A DNA stretch of 64,000 nt, from positions 13,516,001 to 13,580,000 of the forward strand of contig CM060732.1 of the NCBI GenBank assembly GCA_030704615.1. The letters run 5' to 3'. Positions 51,751 to 64,000 of this stretch are shown in pieces. Every line of letters begins with the position of its first letter. Position 1 is the stretch's first letter. The notes under the pieces were generated by a model that had not been told where the DNA came from, did no database searches, and saw only the letters and a program-made list of their open reading frames with translations. Source of the stretch: Takakia lepidozioides. Lineage: Eukaryota; Plantae; Bryophyta. Made by a program: the position numbers and the translations under genes.

Positions 51751-53189
51751 TCCTAAGGAGGCACCACGGGGTAGTGGTGCTCCTAGCCAGCCACTACCTG
51801 AACATGCTCAAGGCAAAGGGGGCTCAGGTGAAGCCTAGGGAAGTGCAGAGAGAACCTCAGATGCAGGGATCTCTCCCTTCATTTGCAAGCCAACAACGGG
51901 GTGCGGAGGTGGAGTTGGATCCACAGCGCGGGAAGGCAAGCCGTCAGGCTAGGCTTCCTCAGTCATTCACATTGGCGGAGACAGTGTCGACGCCGTCCAT
52001 GGCACCTAGTTCTCGCCCGACTGTTACCGAGGCGGAGGTTACTATGCCATTGGGGAGAGCTACACGGGCAGCACCACTACCTAGTGTTGCCAAGGCTACG
52101 GTAGCTAGTGTGCTGCTGGGAGCGGCCACATCTGTGTGCCAGGCCCCATTGTTCTCGGCTACCATGATTGCAACGCCGGGGTAAAACCAGCTGAGATGTT
52201 CAGGCTGGCAGCTATACTTTGTGAGAGTAGGGAGGTTACTTCATCTTCTGCGGAGATAGTGGGAGGTGTAGTGCCGGAGGGATCCTCGGATGTGAGGGTC
52301 AAGACTGCCACGACGGCGCCATGGCAAGCTGAAACTGCCAGGTTGATGGAGCTGCCAGCTAGGCCAGCCATTGAGCGCACCATGGTGACACCTGGAGTTG
52401 TCATGTTAGACAACCAGGATGGCATTTTCTGTTTGAGTGGACCGGCAGGCAGGAGGTACCAGCCACTGCGGGTCTTGTTGGACTCGGGAGCTCAGCCATT
52501 GATGCTAGGCAGAGCTGCTATTGCAGGCTTGGGCCTCACGGAGGCGGATATGGAGCCGTGCCCTTTCCAGATACAGACATCTCTGGGAGGATCAGAGCAG
52601 GCTCGGGGCATGACACGGCGTGAGTTGGCTATCAGACTACAGCCGGATCATCCTACAGATGGCTCAGTGATGAGAGCCAAGGCCATTGTGACAGACGCGG
52701 TCTCGTACGATGTCCTTGTTGGTGGGGCAGTGTTGTACCCCATGGGCTTCACCCGGGATTTTTGGGAGGAGTCAGCTTCCTATAGGCCTGGATGGCAGTC
52801 AGGGGAGGGCCGGCGTGTGCAGCTCCCTGTGACGTTCATAGGAGGAGTTGCGGTTGCCCAACGAGGCAAGATGCCAACACTGACAGCATTCACCGCTGCA
52901 GTGACTTGGCCTGGAGAGTTGTTAGAGGGCAACGCTCATTCAGAGGATGTGTCACCTCCGGTAGAGCAGGATGACATGTATGGTATGGCGGAGTTGCCTG
53001 CCATGGTTGCTCACACTCCATTGTGGGGCTCGAGCAAGGATTTGCAGCGGGTTGTTGATTGTTGTGTGCAACAAGCCTGGGTAGAGACTTTTGTACCGTC
53101 AAGAGAGGAGAACAGTGCGGGGATTGCACCAGGACCACCTCAGTTGTCACCATTGGACACCACACCGATCGTGTGGCAGTGTCCAAATG

Positions 53190-54125
53190 AAGGCATTTGC
53201 CTTCTGGACTTGTTTGGCGGGATCAGCACCGGGTTGGCTGCTTTTCTACAGGCGGGTGTACGAGTACGACGTTACCTGTATGTGGAGAGGGATGAGACTG
53301 CACGATGCATCTCCCTACGCCATGTTGCTCAGTTGATGCAACAGTACCCTGAGTTGTTGCCGGTGTCTGCGGTTTGTGGATATCAGCAGGCCTTGCCAGC
53401 AGACATCTCTTTGCTGGGGGCACAGGATTTGGAGCGGGTCAGCTCCATTGATTTGGTAGTGGCAGGTTGGCCCTGCCAAGGGCATTCATCAGCCGGGCAT
53501 GGCAATGGATTGCGAAACTCAAGGTCGAGTCTGTTTTGGGAGATGGTGCGGGTTTTGCGCCACTTACAACTTCAGCAGGTCGTATCTCCAGCATACATCT
53601 TGGAGAATGTGCCGCTGATAGGCGATTCTCGGGCCAGGGTGATGGCCAGTGTGCATCAAGTCCGGTCGTGGCTTGGGTCAGCAGTGTTGCTGGATGCAGC
53701 TACAGTGGGGTCACGGGCTCATCGTCCACGGCTATGGTGGACTAACTTGATGCCACCCGCACTGCTCAAGCGTGCATTTGATGGGGTGCAGCGGCCAGCA
53801 CACCTCACAGTGGATAGCATTTTGGACCCAGGCAGGCAGTCTCAGCGTGTGAGACATGATGACCGTTCGCCTTTGGCAGTGGTCAACAAGGTGGGTCAAC
53901 CACGAGCAGTACTACCTACACTGCTCAGCTTCCCAGGATCGCATTCTTTCCGGGATACAGGACCTGGCCTCCTGTGGGATGCTCAGTTGCAGCAGTTAGT
54001 GGAGCTTAATGCCGACGAGCGAAAGCGGGCTATGGGTTTTTCCACTAGGACCACGGCGGTGCCTTCTCTTTCTGAGGCATCACGTCGTTAGAAGTTGGGG
54101 CAAGCAAAGGATCTAAATTGCTTGA
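53190..54125 (+). pseudogene. C5 cytosine DNA methyltransferase domain within retrotransposon pol
   Basis: Motif I LLDLFGGISTG, II YVERD, IV VAGWPCQGHS, VI ILENV, VIII AHRPRLWW, IX ERKRAMGF, X LGQA (after a TAG at 54089). In frame with the protease in ORF 52136-54091. Confidence 0.9.
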
Positions 54126-56183
54126 CCTGGATTATCAGCTTGGCTATGGCTGAGCAACGTAGAGTGCGGAGTGCACTTCCCTTGACGGTCTCTCTGCCTA
54201 CCGAGACGGTACAGGCAGTGAGTGGGGGCAAGCCGGTGAGGACCACGGGGTGTAGACATCCATGGCACACATCGGAGGTGCTCGAGGTTTAGAGGGAGTT
54301 GGCAGCCAAGGCGGCTGTGATGGATGATGTTGGGGATTTTTCTTGGGTTGAGGAGGTCCTCAATGATGAGATGATGGGGCAGGATGAGGCCTTGTCATTG
54401 ACTGAGCAGACAGGGAGTACTGTTCAAGAGGTTGCGGCATAGCAACCACGGGACGCGTCCTCTACCTCTAAGTCTACTAGACTGAAGGTTGCAGTTACGG
54501 AGGACAATTGGGAGCCTGACATTGGACCCATTGTCACTAGAGAAGAGAGACGATGTATACGGCGGTTCCTGAGGCTTACAGGAGTTGCTTTGTCTCTCAT
54601 GCTATGGTGGAGGAGCATGAGAGACATGTTCAGGTTGTGCATCGACCAGGTTTGGTCAATAGGGATGCGGATGGATTGAGTCGCAATCCATGCACGAGCC
54701 AGCAGGATGACACTAGAGCTCGGTGGCATGGTGAGACGGACGAGGAGATGGTGCCAGGATGGCATGCATCTGCCTTTTTGTGTATCTTGGCATCGGGAGG
54801 TCAGGTTGGACCTACAACATGGATGACTGTAGACGGAGTGTCTGAGGACCCCGAGGCTAGTGATGAGCTAGGTGGTGCCAGAGATATACATGAGGATTCG
54901 GTTGTGTTGGACTACCTCCGCACTGGAGACACGACAGCTAGTGTGACTGCCAAGGAGAGGGATCGGATCCTACAACGAGCCAAGAGGTTTAAGTGGGAGG
55001 GGATACACCTGCTTCGAGTGTGGGAGGATGGTCGGGTGAGTATCGTGCCTCACCCAACACAACGTGCACGGTTAGTGCGGCATGCCCATGAGGAGTTGGG
55101 GCATTTTAGAGTGCGACGCACTCATAGTTTACTGCAGGGGCAGTATTGGTGGCGTGGGATGCACACAGAGGTGCAACAGTTCGTGGCTAGGTGCATGGTG
55201 TGTGACAGGGTGCGTGCTTCATTCAACGCCCCTATACCACAGTTGCATCCATTACCCATCATGGGATTGGGCTACAGGTGGAGTCTTGACTTCGCAGGGC
55301 CGTTGCCATTGACGATGCGCCACCACAGATATGTGTTGGTGATGGTGGAGCACTTCTCCAAGTGGATTGAGTTGGTTCCATTGCCTGACAAGGCTAGTGA
55401 GGGGGCTGCGTATGCATTCCTGGATTGTGTGCTTAGCCGATTCGGTGCTTCAGCTGAGGTACTCACGGATCAAGGGAGAGAGTTCTTGGGGGAGTTTCAG
55501 GTTTTATGTGATAAAGCCTTGATAGACCACCGTACCACTTCTCGAGATCATCCTGAGGCCAATGGCTTGGCAGAGAAAGTGGTGCAGACGGTGAAGAGGG
55601 GTTTGCGCAAGTATGGCTTGCAAAAGAGACACCTAGGAGATTGGGATCTTCAGGTACTTGGTTAGCCATGGGCTACAGGTTCAGTAAGCAAGCATCATTT
55701 GCCTCCTTCTCACCATATTTCCTTCTCTTTGGCCGAGAGCCGGATTTGCCTGCATCTATTCGTAGGCAGGCTGCAGTAGTCCTCAACCTTAATGATCCGG
55801 ATGTGTGGACACAAGCCTGTGCCCAACAGGTAGAGTTGTTCAAGAGAGTCATGCCTATGGCTTTTGAGAATATTGCTATTGCCCAACACCGAGACACATT
55901 GAGGTATGCCACTATACGTGGAGGGGGATATCGGCCAGGTGTTCGGCGTTTCCACCCTGGGGACTATGTGTATCTGCAGCAGACAGCGCCTACGACCTTG
56001 GATGTCACAGCAAGACGTGTGATTCTAAGGGTCAGGGAGGTGTTGCCTTCAGGAGTGTTGATTCTGGAGGGTCGAGATGGCATGGTATGGAAGGACCATG
56101 TGCGCAATTGTGCACCATGTCACCTTCCACATGTGGATGAGAAGATAGATCCCAACCTTGCAGTGGTACCTGCAGGATTGCGC

Positions 56184-56327
56184 TGCATGCTATGTGGGCA
56201 TGCTCGTGGTGCCATCACTATGCTGGTGTGTGATCGATGCTCAAGAGGTTGGCATATGGGATGCTTGACACCACCTCTTGAGAGGGTTCATGATAGAGAT
56301 TGGTTATGTCTACACTGCTTGGGATAG
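56184..56327 (+). other. PHD finger at integrase C-terminus
   Basis: CMLC...VCDRC..GWHMGCLTPPL...WLCLHC (C4HC3). Confidence 0.9.
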
Positions 56328-56595
56328 TGGCAGTGGATATGACTAGTGGCAGCTAACAAGACATGGGAGGCCAAGCTCATAGAAGTCAATACCCGAGATC
56401 TTAGGCTCAAGTTCACAGGTTGCAAGACGGTGACTAACGATGGGGCAACTCTTGTACCCGGCCTCTTGATCTATCGAGTTTGAGTGTAGTAGGGATAGTG
56501 GTAGAGGACTTAATGAGACTATGACCACTATCACATCTTATGGCTACCTAGACTTAGAGGGACCTAAGCGCCAGCTAGGGGGGCGATTGTGATGG

Positions 56596-56725
56596 ACTAG
56601 TGGCTGCACTAGTGGTGGCTAGTGGCAGCCTAGTGGTAGGACTAGTGGCTGCACTAGTGGTGACTAGTGGTTGTCTAGTGGCAGCCTAGTGGTGCACTAG
56701 TGGTGGACTAGTGATAGACTAGTGT
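56596..56725. repeat. CTAGTGG short-motif array at start of putative 3' LTR
   Basis: About 12 copies of (A)CTAGTGG at 10-12 bp spacing. Confidence 0.85.
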
Positions 56726-59440
56726 TTGGTGTGCACATATGTTGTGTGGTTTTTAACAGCGATGTAGTTGTGTAGCGATATGTATGCGCACGACAGCTGT
56801 GAGAATCCACCGATCATGAACTGCAATGAGAGAGAGATTAGAAAGCTTGGAGTGAGAGAACGAAACGACCTTTGGGGGTTGCTGGGCTCCGCCATCACCA
56901 TCATCCTCCACAACCGACTGTCAATTGAAAACCTGTACCCATCATCAATTATCATTTAATGATGACATTAATTATAGAATAGGTAAAGCCACCGTCCCCT
57001 CTTGAAATAATAATAATAATAATAATAAAGTACTCGACGACGCCATCCATCCCACCCCTCGATTAGCCGGCGGATGAATTCCCATGAGCCACCATCCTCT
57101 CCGGACCAATGTTTTTTTTTTTGGCGAAAAATCGCCAAATGGCGACCTCGAAACATTAAAATGGAATATTCTGTCGTAAATTCCCAATTTTTTCATGGAT
57201 GAAATCGCCAAACTTCTACAAGGAAAAAAATAAAATGGATGAATTCGCCATAAATGGATGATATAAATGGATGAAAGTACATAGGAGGATGATTCTATCC
57301 AAATTTTCAATGGATGAACAGAATATATAGCTATTTCCTGTAGCCACTCGTGCTATTTTTCAAATTTAAGAAAAAAATCACTGCTCCGGTCCTGGGCTCG
57401 AACCTTGTATATCTCACATTGCTTTGTGGTGTTTGACCAGGTTATTTCAATAAATGTGTGGAAGATCTTATAAACCTAATTTAGTCAGCTTTGCACCGCC
57501 CTAGAGCTTGGTGGGACCACGAACTATTCCACTCTGTGCATTTTAAACAAGACCGAATAAGCTCTGAATACGGAAATGATTGCTCTTATCTTGGACTGGA
57601 CGACTGGACCCAGCTTTCTATATATTATCTGAGTGATTGCAATGGATGGAGACAAGTGACGACCGTGTGTGGATTCGAACGCAAGATCGGCTACAAGGCG
57701 GCCAATGTGCCCTAAGCACGGCGCGGAGTAATTATACCAGGAAGGGGGGCGTTGCCCCTGGAACAAGTTTGCACTTAAGGCCAGCGCACCGGAGACCACC
57801 GGTCGGCCTGAAAGAGCCGCTTTGATCGCCCAGATGCGACCGGGGATTAGCGGTTAGGCGTGTGCTTTCGCGCCACGTTGCAAAGAAGGCGACTGGGTAG
57901 AGCCGGTGGGCGGCGTCACGCTCGTGGGCCAACCACCGACGCGTTCATGGCACGCCCGCGCTCTTATTACAAACACCCCCGCACTCGCTTTCATCATAGT
58001 CGTCGCAGATTCTTCGATTCTCTCGATTCTCTCGATTCTACGATCCCTTCCTGCAGCCGTTGCTGTGGGTGATCAGCTCTGCGCACAATTCGCTCGTCGT
58101 CTTGCCGCACTGCGTCGGCCAACCAAGATCTGCTCCAACGTGCTGAACAGTTCTTCCATCAGAGCATTTCACAAATTTGTAAAATTCTCCCCGCATTCTC
58201 CTGGGATTTAATAGAGAGTGATCGTTGTCTCCTTGTCTGGTCTCTTGCTCTGGACGCTCACCGCACCTTGCAGACCTCTCGGAACATTGCCAGCAGTTGC
58301 TCTAACAGAAACTGTCAATCCCGGCGCTCTTATTTCAAGCACCCGATCATTATTTCATATCATTTCCCACTTTTGATGCTTTATCTTATTATGTTTCGCT
58401 GTGTAGCTGTGGTTCTGGCTTCCTCATTGAGCTGCTTCATCGTCTACTCAGTGGAAGTTGCTGAAAGACTGGAAGAGGCCCCGTTAATAGGTATCTGCTG
58501 CTTTTGCTTTCCTCTCACCCTTCAGCTCACTAAGGTGCGGTATCCAAGTTGTGGAAATCGACCTCAGCATCAAGAAAAGTCCAGCAGCTTGGAAACTGTA
58601 TGTTTCCCCCGCCTCGCATTACAAACACGCGATCTCTCGTCATGATCATCACTCCGTATCTGCTAATCTCGTTCTCCTTTCGGAGCTTTTGCCTTCTCTG
58701 TTGACTTAACCTTTTCAACTGTTCGAATACGGGTTTTTCGTGGACCTGATTCAGCATCAGCATCAAGAGTAATGCCAGCACCTCCGAAACTGTAACGATC
58801 CCAGGATCGCCCCTCTCTCACACGCAGACACATCGCTACATTGTGAATATATTTCTTCTCCACTTTACGCTTATTTGTTTCTGCACCATTGCTCCAACTC
58901 TAATCCTTCGACATCCATTTCCTTGCAGTGGTCCTACCACTACAACGGTGTCTGTGCAGCAGCTCTGATTTCTGAAGTATATTCCGACTTCAACAGTAGC
59001 AAGAGCTCTGAAGCCGTAGCTACGTACGTTGATTGCTCGGTCTTTGCAGCGCATCAGACGTTCAGTCGGGAGCCTTTTCCCTTCTCAGCACAGCGCTATG
59101 CCTGAGGTCTGCTCAATACTGTATTGCTTCTATGAGTTGTTCAAAGCGTGCGTTATCTTGTGACTTAATGCTATTCCGTAAATTTGGCGATCGACATGAT
59201 CTTGCCTGGTGCTAGTCCATCTTGTCCTCACAGTCAGAACTGGATTCGGTCTTGCTTATGTGAGCTTGTCATGATGCCTTTCAAACTGTGCTGTGTTCTC
59301 AGGCTTGGATTGCATGTCAATAAAGCGAGTTTTTCGTAGAACCCCCTCCGGATCCAATTGGTTTCTAGACGGATTCAGGGTTCTCCAGACAGGGGAACCG
59401 GCTTGACATTTTGTCTTGTGGTGTGCATGTAACTGAGCAG

Positions 59441-60403
59441 ACTACGGTCCTGAAGGTCGGGTTGCATTGCGAAGGTTGTGTAGCGAAAGTGAAGAGACAT
59501 CTTGCCAGATTGGAAGGTAAAGGTTTTGTGTTGCGTGCTTGTCCTCATTATCTTGTTTAGAAGCTCTGTATTCCAGAGCGTTGTTTCCACCTCATCAGTC
59601 TGTTCGAAAACAATCGCACATCTTTCAAATGAAGTGGCAAGCAAAGTGTCAGAGGATTGAAGGAATGTCATCAAGGCCATGAGTATTGTCTGTTTGCATC
59701 AGCATTGTCATTGTTGCACAGCTTTGTGCCTGGTCCACGACCGTTTCGGACACTTCTTTCCACTCGCACGTTTCTTGGTGAAATTGTCTGCTTATCCGGA
59801 CTGCTTTTGTTCAGTAAAAGAGGTTATCTCCTCTTTCGCCGCAAGTCTAGAAAACGGTAAGTCAAGAAACTTCATATTGTCCCAGGGATTCATTAAAAAT
59901 CTGGCTACTAAATACAACTTTGGCCACATCATTACATTGTTTTTCTTTGCATTGACTCATGATTGTCGTGCTTGTTGCAGGTATAGATGCATTCCATGTT
60001 GACATGAAGAACCAAAAAGTTACGGTAGTTGGGAATATAAAGCCTCAGACAGTACTCGATAAAGTTCACGGTGCTGGGAAAACGGCAGAATATTGGCCTC
60101 AAGGTGGTGAGGGTGGTGGCAAGAAGAAGGGTGGTGGGGGTGGAGGTGGAGGTGGTGAAGGAGGCAACAAGAAAGGTGACAGTGGTGGAGGCGGAGGTGG
60201 TGATGAAGATGAGAAGAAGGGGGGGGGGGCGCGGCGGGGGTGGTGGTGGTGGTGGAGGCGGTGAGGCTGGTGGTAAGAAGGGTGGAGGTGGTGAGGCCGC
60301 CAAGAAAGGGACTGGTGATAGTGAAGGGGGTGCCAAGAAGGGTGGAAGTGGCGAGGTAGGTGGCAAAAAGGGAAACAAAGGTGTGGTGGCAAGAGCTAGC
60401 TGA
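59441..60403 (+). CDS. Heavy-metal-associated (HMA) domain protein with Gly/Lys-rich tail; first exon not located
   Basis: Exon 59441-59516 TTVLKVGLHCEGCVAKVKRHLARLEG; exon from 59981 IDAFHVDMKNQKVTVVGNIKPQTVLDKV..GKTAEYW. A frameshift lies in the G run near 60220-60240. No C-terminal CaaX. Confidence 0.85.
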
Positions 60404-61811
60404 GCTCTGCTTTTCAATCCTTGTTAGTGTTAGTGCTAATGATTTTTACGCATTATCTGGGTTTCACAATACTCTAATGGTAATGAACTGTGGCTGGAGG
60501 TTTTGCTGTAAGAGCATGACATTGGTGCATGCCTGCCTGACCACCAAGTCGCTAGCACAGCATAGTCATCCTTTGTTGAGCAGCCGTGTGCATCTGTGAT
60601 GAACTTTCAAGTGTTGCCTGAGGCCTTTTCCAGCTTTACTGCAACATGATTACCCCTCTGTATCTAAAACATTGAATAAAACAGTGTTAGACTTTCTACG
60701 ATTGTGTTCTATGGGCCTTGAATGTGTTTGGCCAGTAACTGTCTGCTATGCCTAACACCTTCTGTGTTATTCCCTGTGTGTTCCTGAATTTCTAGGATGA
60801 GGATAGCCTTTGCTGGGTTTCTACTTGAACAGCTTCTTTTCCTAGTATAGGTAATTCTTTCAGCCTTGAACTGTGTATCTTTCACACTCCAATCTAGATC
60901 AGTTCGCAAATCCTTTGCTAGTAGACAATCCCTTCACATTTTTAATGTTTGGTGCATTATTTCTCAATTCTGGGATGTGAGAGTCTCTGTTTGAGTGATT
61001 TTTTGTGGCACTCAGTTTGCAAAGTTTGTGCCAGAAAACCATGTGAGTAATTTTGATCCTCAGATTTTGGGGGAACCACTTGTTTTCTTTGAAGAAGATG
61101 GATTCAAGCGCTTGACAAAGTGCCAGATTAAGGCCTTAATCTGGCTTGTCTTCTGGTGTGCTATTTGGGGTGAATGGTATCTACAAATTGCTTGGCTTAT
61201 GATTCGTTGTCATGTCATTCTTGCAGGTGACCAGAAATCCATGCTGGGTAAATGCCAAGTCTTTTGCTTGCAAAGCAGGGGTTGGGTTCGTTTGCAAGTT
61301 TTCCAAAAAACAAAAAAAACAAAAAATATTATTTTTATTATTTTTTGTTTTTTCCTGTCTGAATGTCCCTGATGAAGGTGGTCTTTTTGGCCGGAATTAA
61401 GCTTCCACCAAATTAAAATACACCTATTTAAACTCAACAACACATGGATCTATGGGCACATGTTGTTGCAGTCATCCATGGTTCACTCATATTGGCAATT
61501 TTTCATCCAACACTCATCTAATGTTCATCCATTCCCTTTTACGTTCATCATAGATACATTCATCCGACAGTTTTTCATCGCACATTCGTGCCACATTGTC
61601 GTCATGGAGTCTGTCTGTCTTTGGTCCGATGGAGAGAAGATTGCGCCGTTGCAATGGAGTTTGTGTCCACGGCAATATGCCCACTTGTTCCCTCGCTTTT
61701 AGGGTCCGCATCAATAATCTGCTCACGCTTACAATCTGCTCACGCTTGGGGGAATCTGCTCACGGATAAGGGAATATGCTCACGGGTTCTGCTCACGCCT
61801 TTGCTGCCCTC

Positions 61812-64000
61812 GTTACAACCTTTGCCGATTCCAGAGGGGTCTTGGGAAAATGTCTCAGGAAAGTTTCTTGATGGATTTCATGACTGCTTTGCCGCTGTCA
61901 AAATGATTCGATGCAATCATGGTGGTGGTGGATAAGTTCAGTAAAATGGGCCATTTCATCCCTACCAAAGAGACGGCAACGGCGGAGGAGACAGGGTGAC
62001 TTTACTTCGTTCACGTTTTCAGGCATCATGGACTCCTGGAGGACATTGTTTCAGACCACGATCCAAAGTTTACAAGTAAATTTTGGAGGGCACTTTGGAA
62101 GAAAATGGGGACGAGGCTCAAGATGAGCACGGCCTTCCGACCTACAACGGACGGCCAAACGGAAAGAGTGAACTTCATGGTGAAGCAGATCTTGCGGAAC
62201 TATGTGTCAGCACACCAATCGGACTGGGTGGAGCACTTGGATGCGGCAGAGTTCTGTTATAATAATACAGATCACTCCGCAACGGGAGTTTCCCCTTTCG
62301 TATTGGTCTATGGAAAAACACCTCTAGTGCCAACAAGTTGGGCCGCCCAGGACGGTGATGAGCCGGCAGCAACAGCGGTGCTGGAAGAATGCGAGCGTTT
62401 GTTGGAGCTCGCAAAGTATAACATTGCCAAAGCTAGGAAACGGTATGAATGGCAGGCGAATCGGAAGTGGAAAGAAGTTAAATTTGAGGCAGGCACGGAG
62501 GTCTGGTTGAATATCAAAAAAAATTGACTACCTCCGGAAGTGAGTCCGAAGTTCGTACCTCCGTATGCGGGGCCTTTTCGCATCCAGAAGGTTATGAATG
62601 AAGATGTGTATGAATTGGAGCTGTCGGCAAACAGCAAGGTGCATCCAGTATTCCACGTTTCCATTTTGAAACCTTACTTCAAAGATGAAAATGAACCTGA
62701 GTATGAGGTGGAGGCAGTGCTTAAGTGGAGGAGGTTCAAGAATCAAGAAATGGATTATCTCGTGAAATGGAAGGGCTATCATCAAGTAGATGCAACATGG
62801 GTGCGTGCCTCACAAATGGGAAACGCATCCGAGGCGGTTGCAGCTTTCGAATGGCGACCTCAAAAGCGGAAGAAGCGTTGATGGGGACATCAACCTTGGA
62901 TCGTGGGGGAGGAAATGCATGCTTAGTCCGGCTTAGCTAGCTCAGGAATCCGATTGCAAAAACTTGTGTTGTACAAAATTTTGTTTATAAATGAGATGGT
63001 TTCCAAATGTTGTGCTGCCTATTTTGTTTGGAATGGTGATGCATGGTATGGTTGGCTAGTGTGTAGAATGCATGCTAGCTTACAAAAGTGGGAGAGGTAA
63101 TCGTGTGTTTGCGCAGTACCGAAATCGGGTGACTCCCATCTAAGGGGCAAAGAAACTTGCGCCTTTTTTGGGAGTTCACGTGCTAGTGCGCACCTAGCGT
63201 ATGCGCGTACTATAACTGCACTACCGAGGGGGTTGTCTTGTAATGCGGGCTAACGCGGAAGCTACGTGCTTCCTTTCACGTACTATAATCGTGTAGCCTC
63301 GGGACGAAGTCGTAATGCGGCTTTGACGTGTTCCCGTGCCTTAGGCCAGCATTCCAATGCAGACCCAATTATAGTGATTGGGATGCACGATTGGTTCAAG
63401 GTTATCTTCCTAGTCAAAAAAGGTTCAAGGTGAACCTTTGCTCAAAGTGATGCCAAAAAGCGGCATCATGAGCGGTCGCAAACAATGTTGTTGCAGTAAG
63501 GCGATGCGATCCTCGGGGAGGATCGTTCCTTGGCCTTAAAGTAGGCCAAGGATAGTGCACTGGGTGGAGCTTGAGAGGCTCCACCTTGGCTGGGACTTGG
63601 AGGAAGTCGGCCGAACTAGCTAGTAGAGAATAGAGTCAAGTGGGGGTTTGGTTCTTTGTCATGGGATGCCATGGTACGGAAACAAACTCCTTGATGTGGG
63701 ACGCCACAACTTGGATGTTAGTTTCCACAAAAAGGGACAAGTCGATGAGGACATCGACTCCTTATTGGTAGGGTTGTGTCGCGGCCATTTGCCTTGAGGG
63801 CAGGGGATTGGGACACAAGAGGGGCTGCCCCTGTGGTGGGGGCAGTGGCAGCAAATAGGAAAGGGGGCTGAAGCACCCTCGAGTGCCAAAGGCACTCCAG
63901 GAGGCGGAGGTGCTCACTAGGTGGAGCCCCGCAAACCGGGTGGCGGTGGTGGGGGCTCACGAGGGGTGGTGGTAGCATAGGGAGTCGTAGTGGGGGTGGC
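61812..64000 (+). mobile_element. Second chromovirus copy: integrase end, chromodomain, 3' UTR, PPT and start of 3' LTR (63777)
   Basis: Homologous to the reverse complement of 40740-42815. The LTR starts TGTCGCGGCC at 63777 and matches the 46311-47049 LTR. Confidence 0.92.

Larger units (their letters stand above)
51774..56960 (+). mobile_element. Ty3/gypsy-type LTR retrotransposon remnant carrying C5-DNMT and PHD finger; RT largely deleted
   Basis: Order: protease RVLLDSGAQ, DNMT, RNase H end HRPGLVNRDADGLSR, integrase (HEELGH..CMVC; SLDFAG, TDQG, GLAEK), PHD. PPT AGGGGGG then TG at 56588. The LTR end is approximate. Confidence 0.85.

Noticed and set aside
49939-54125. Bacterial contamination or restriction-modification operon
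   Set aside because: The amino-MTase has spliceosomal introns, the C5 MTase is fused in a retroelement pol, and the flanks are plant genes.
57107-57310. Possible hAT/MITE end (CAATGTTTTTTTTTTGGCGA, TCGCCA motifs)
   Set aside because: No partner TIR or TSD could be identified.
59932-60417. Proline-rich minus-strand ORFs
   Set aside because: Antisense shadow of the Gly-rich HMA tail.

Overview
Eukaryotic DNA with GT-AG introns, most likely from a non-seed land plant (inferred from gene content). Host genes: the 3' exons of katanin p80 (268-2378, +), TORTIFOLIA1/SPIRAL2 (5069-19147, +), ATG8 (20616-21774, -) and a Gly/Lys-rich HMA-domain gene (about 59441-60403, +). The last TOR1 intron is 9.4 kb and filled with tandem (TC)n-tailed LINEs. 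About 22.4-57.3 kb is a nest of transposons. Three things stand out. (1) A large Mutator-like element (about 30458-49150) carries a MULE/SWIM transposase and, divergently, an intron-containing gene with a ParB/Srx-like domain. By homology to two more diverged copies in this window, that gene also carried a beta-class N4/N6 DNA methyltransferase-like domain. The element's non-coding DNA holds more than 40 copies of a 22-bp palindrome GGAAATGCGG-NN-CCGCATTTCC, mostly at helically phased spacing (53 bp), which suggests a ParB/parS-like self-marking system. (2) A 366-bp TRIM whose identical LTRs each carry a tRNA-like Pol III cassette. (3) A Ty3/gypsy remnant encoding a C5 cytosine methyltransferase and a PHD finger. 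Also present are chromovirus copies, a split and inverted hAT transposase, and an L1 remnant. All family calls come from motif recognition by eye; no database search was run.
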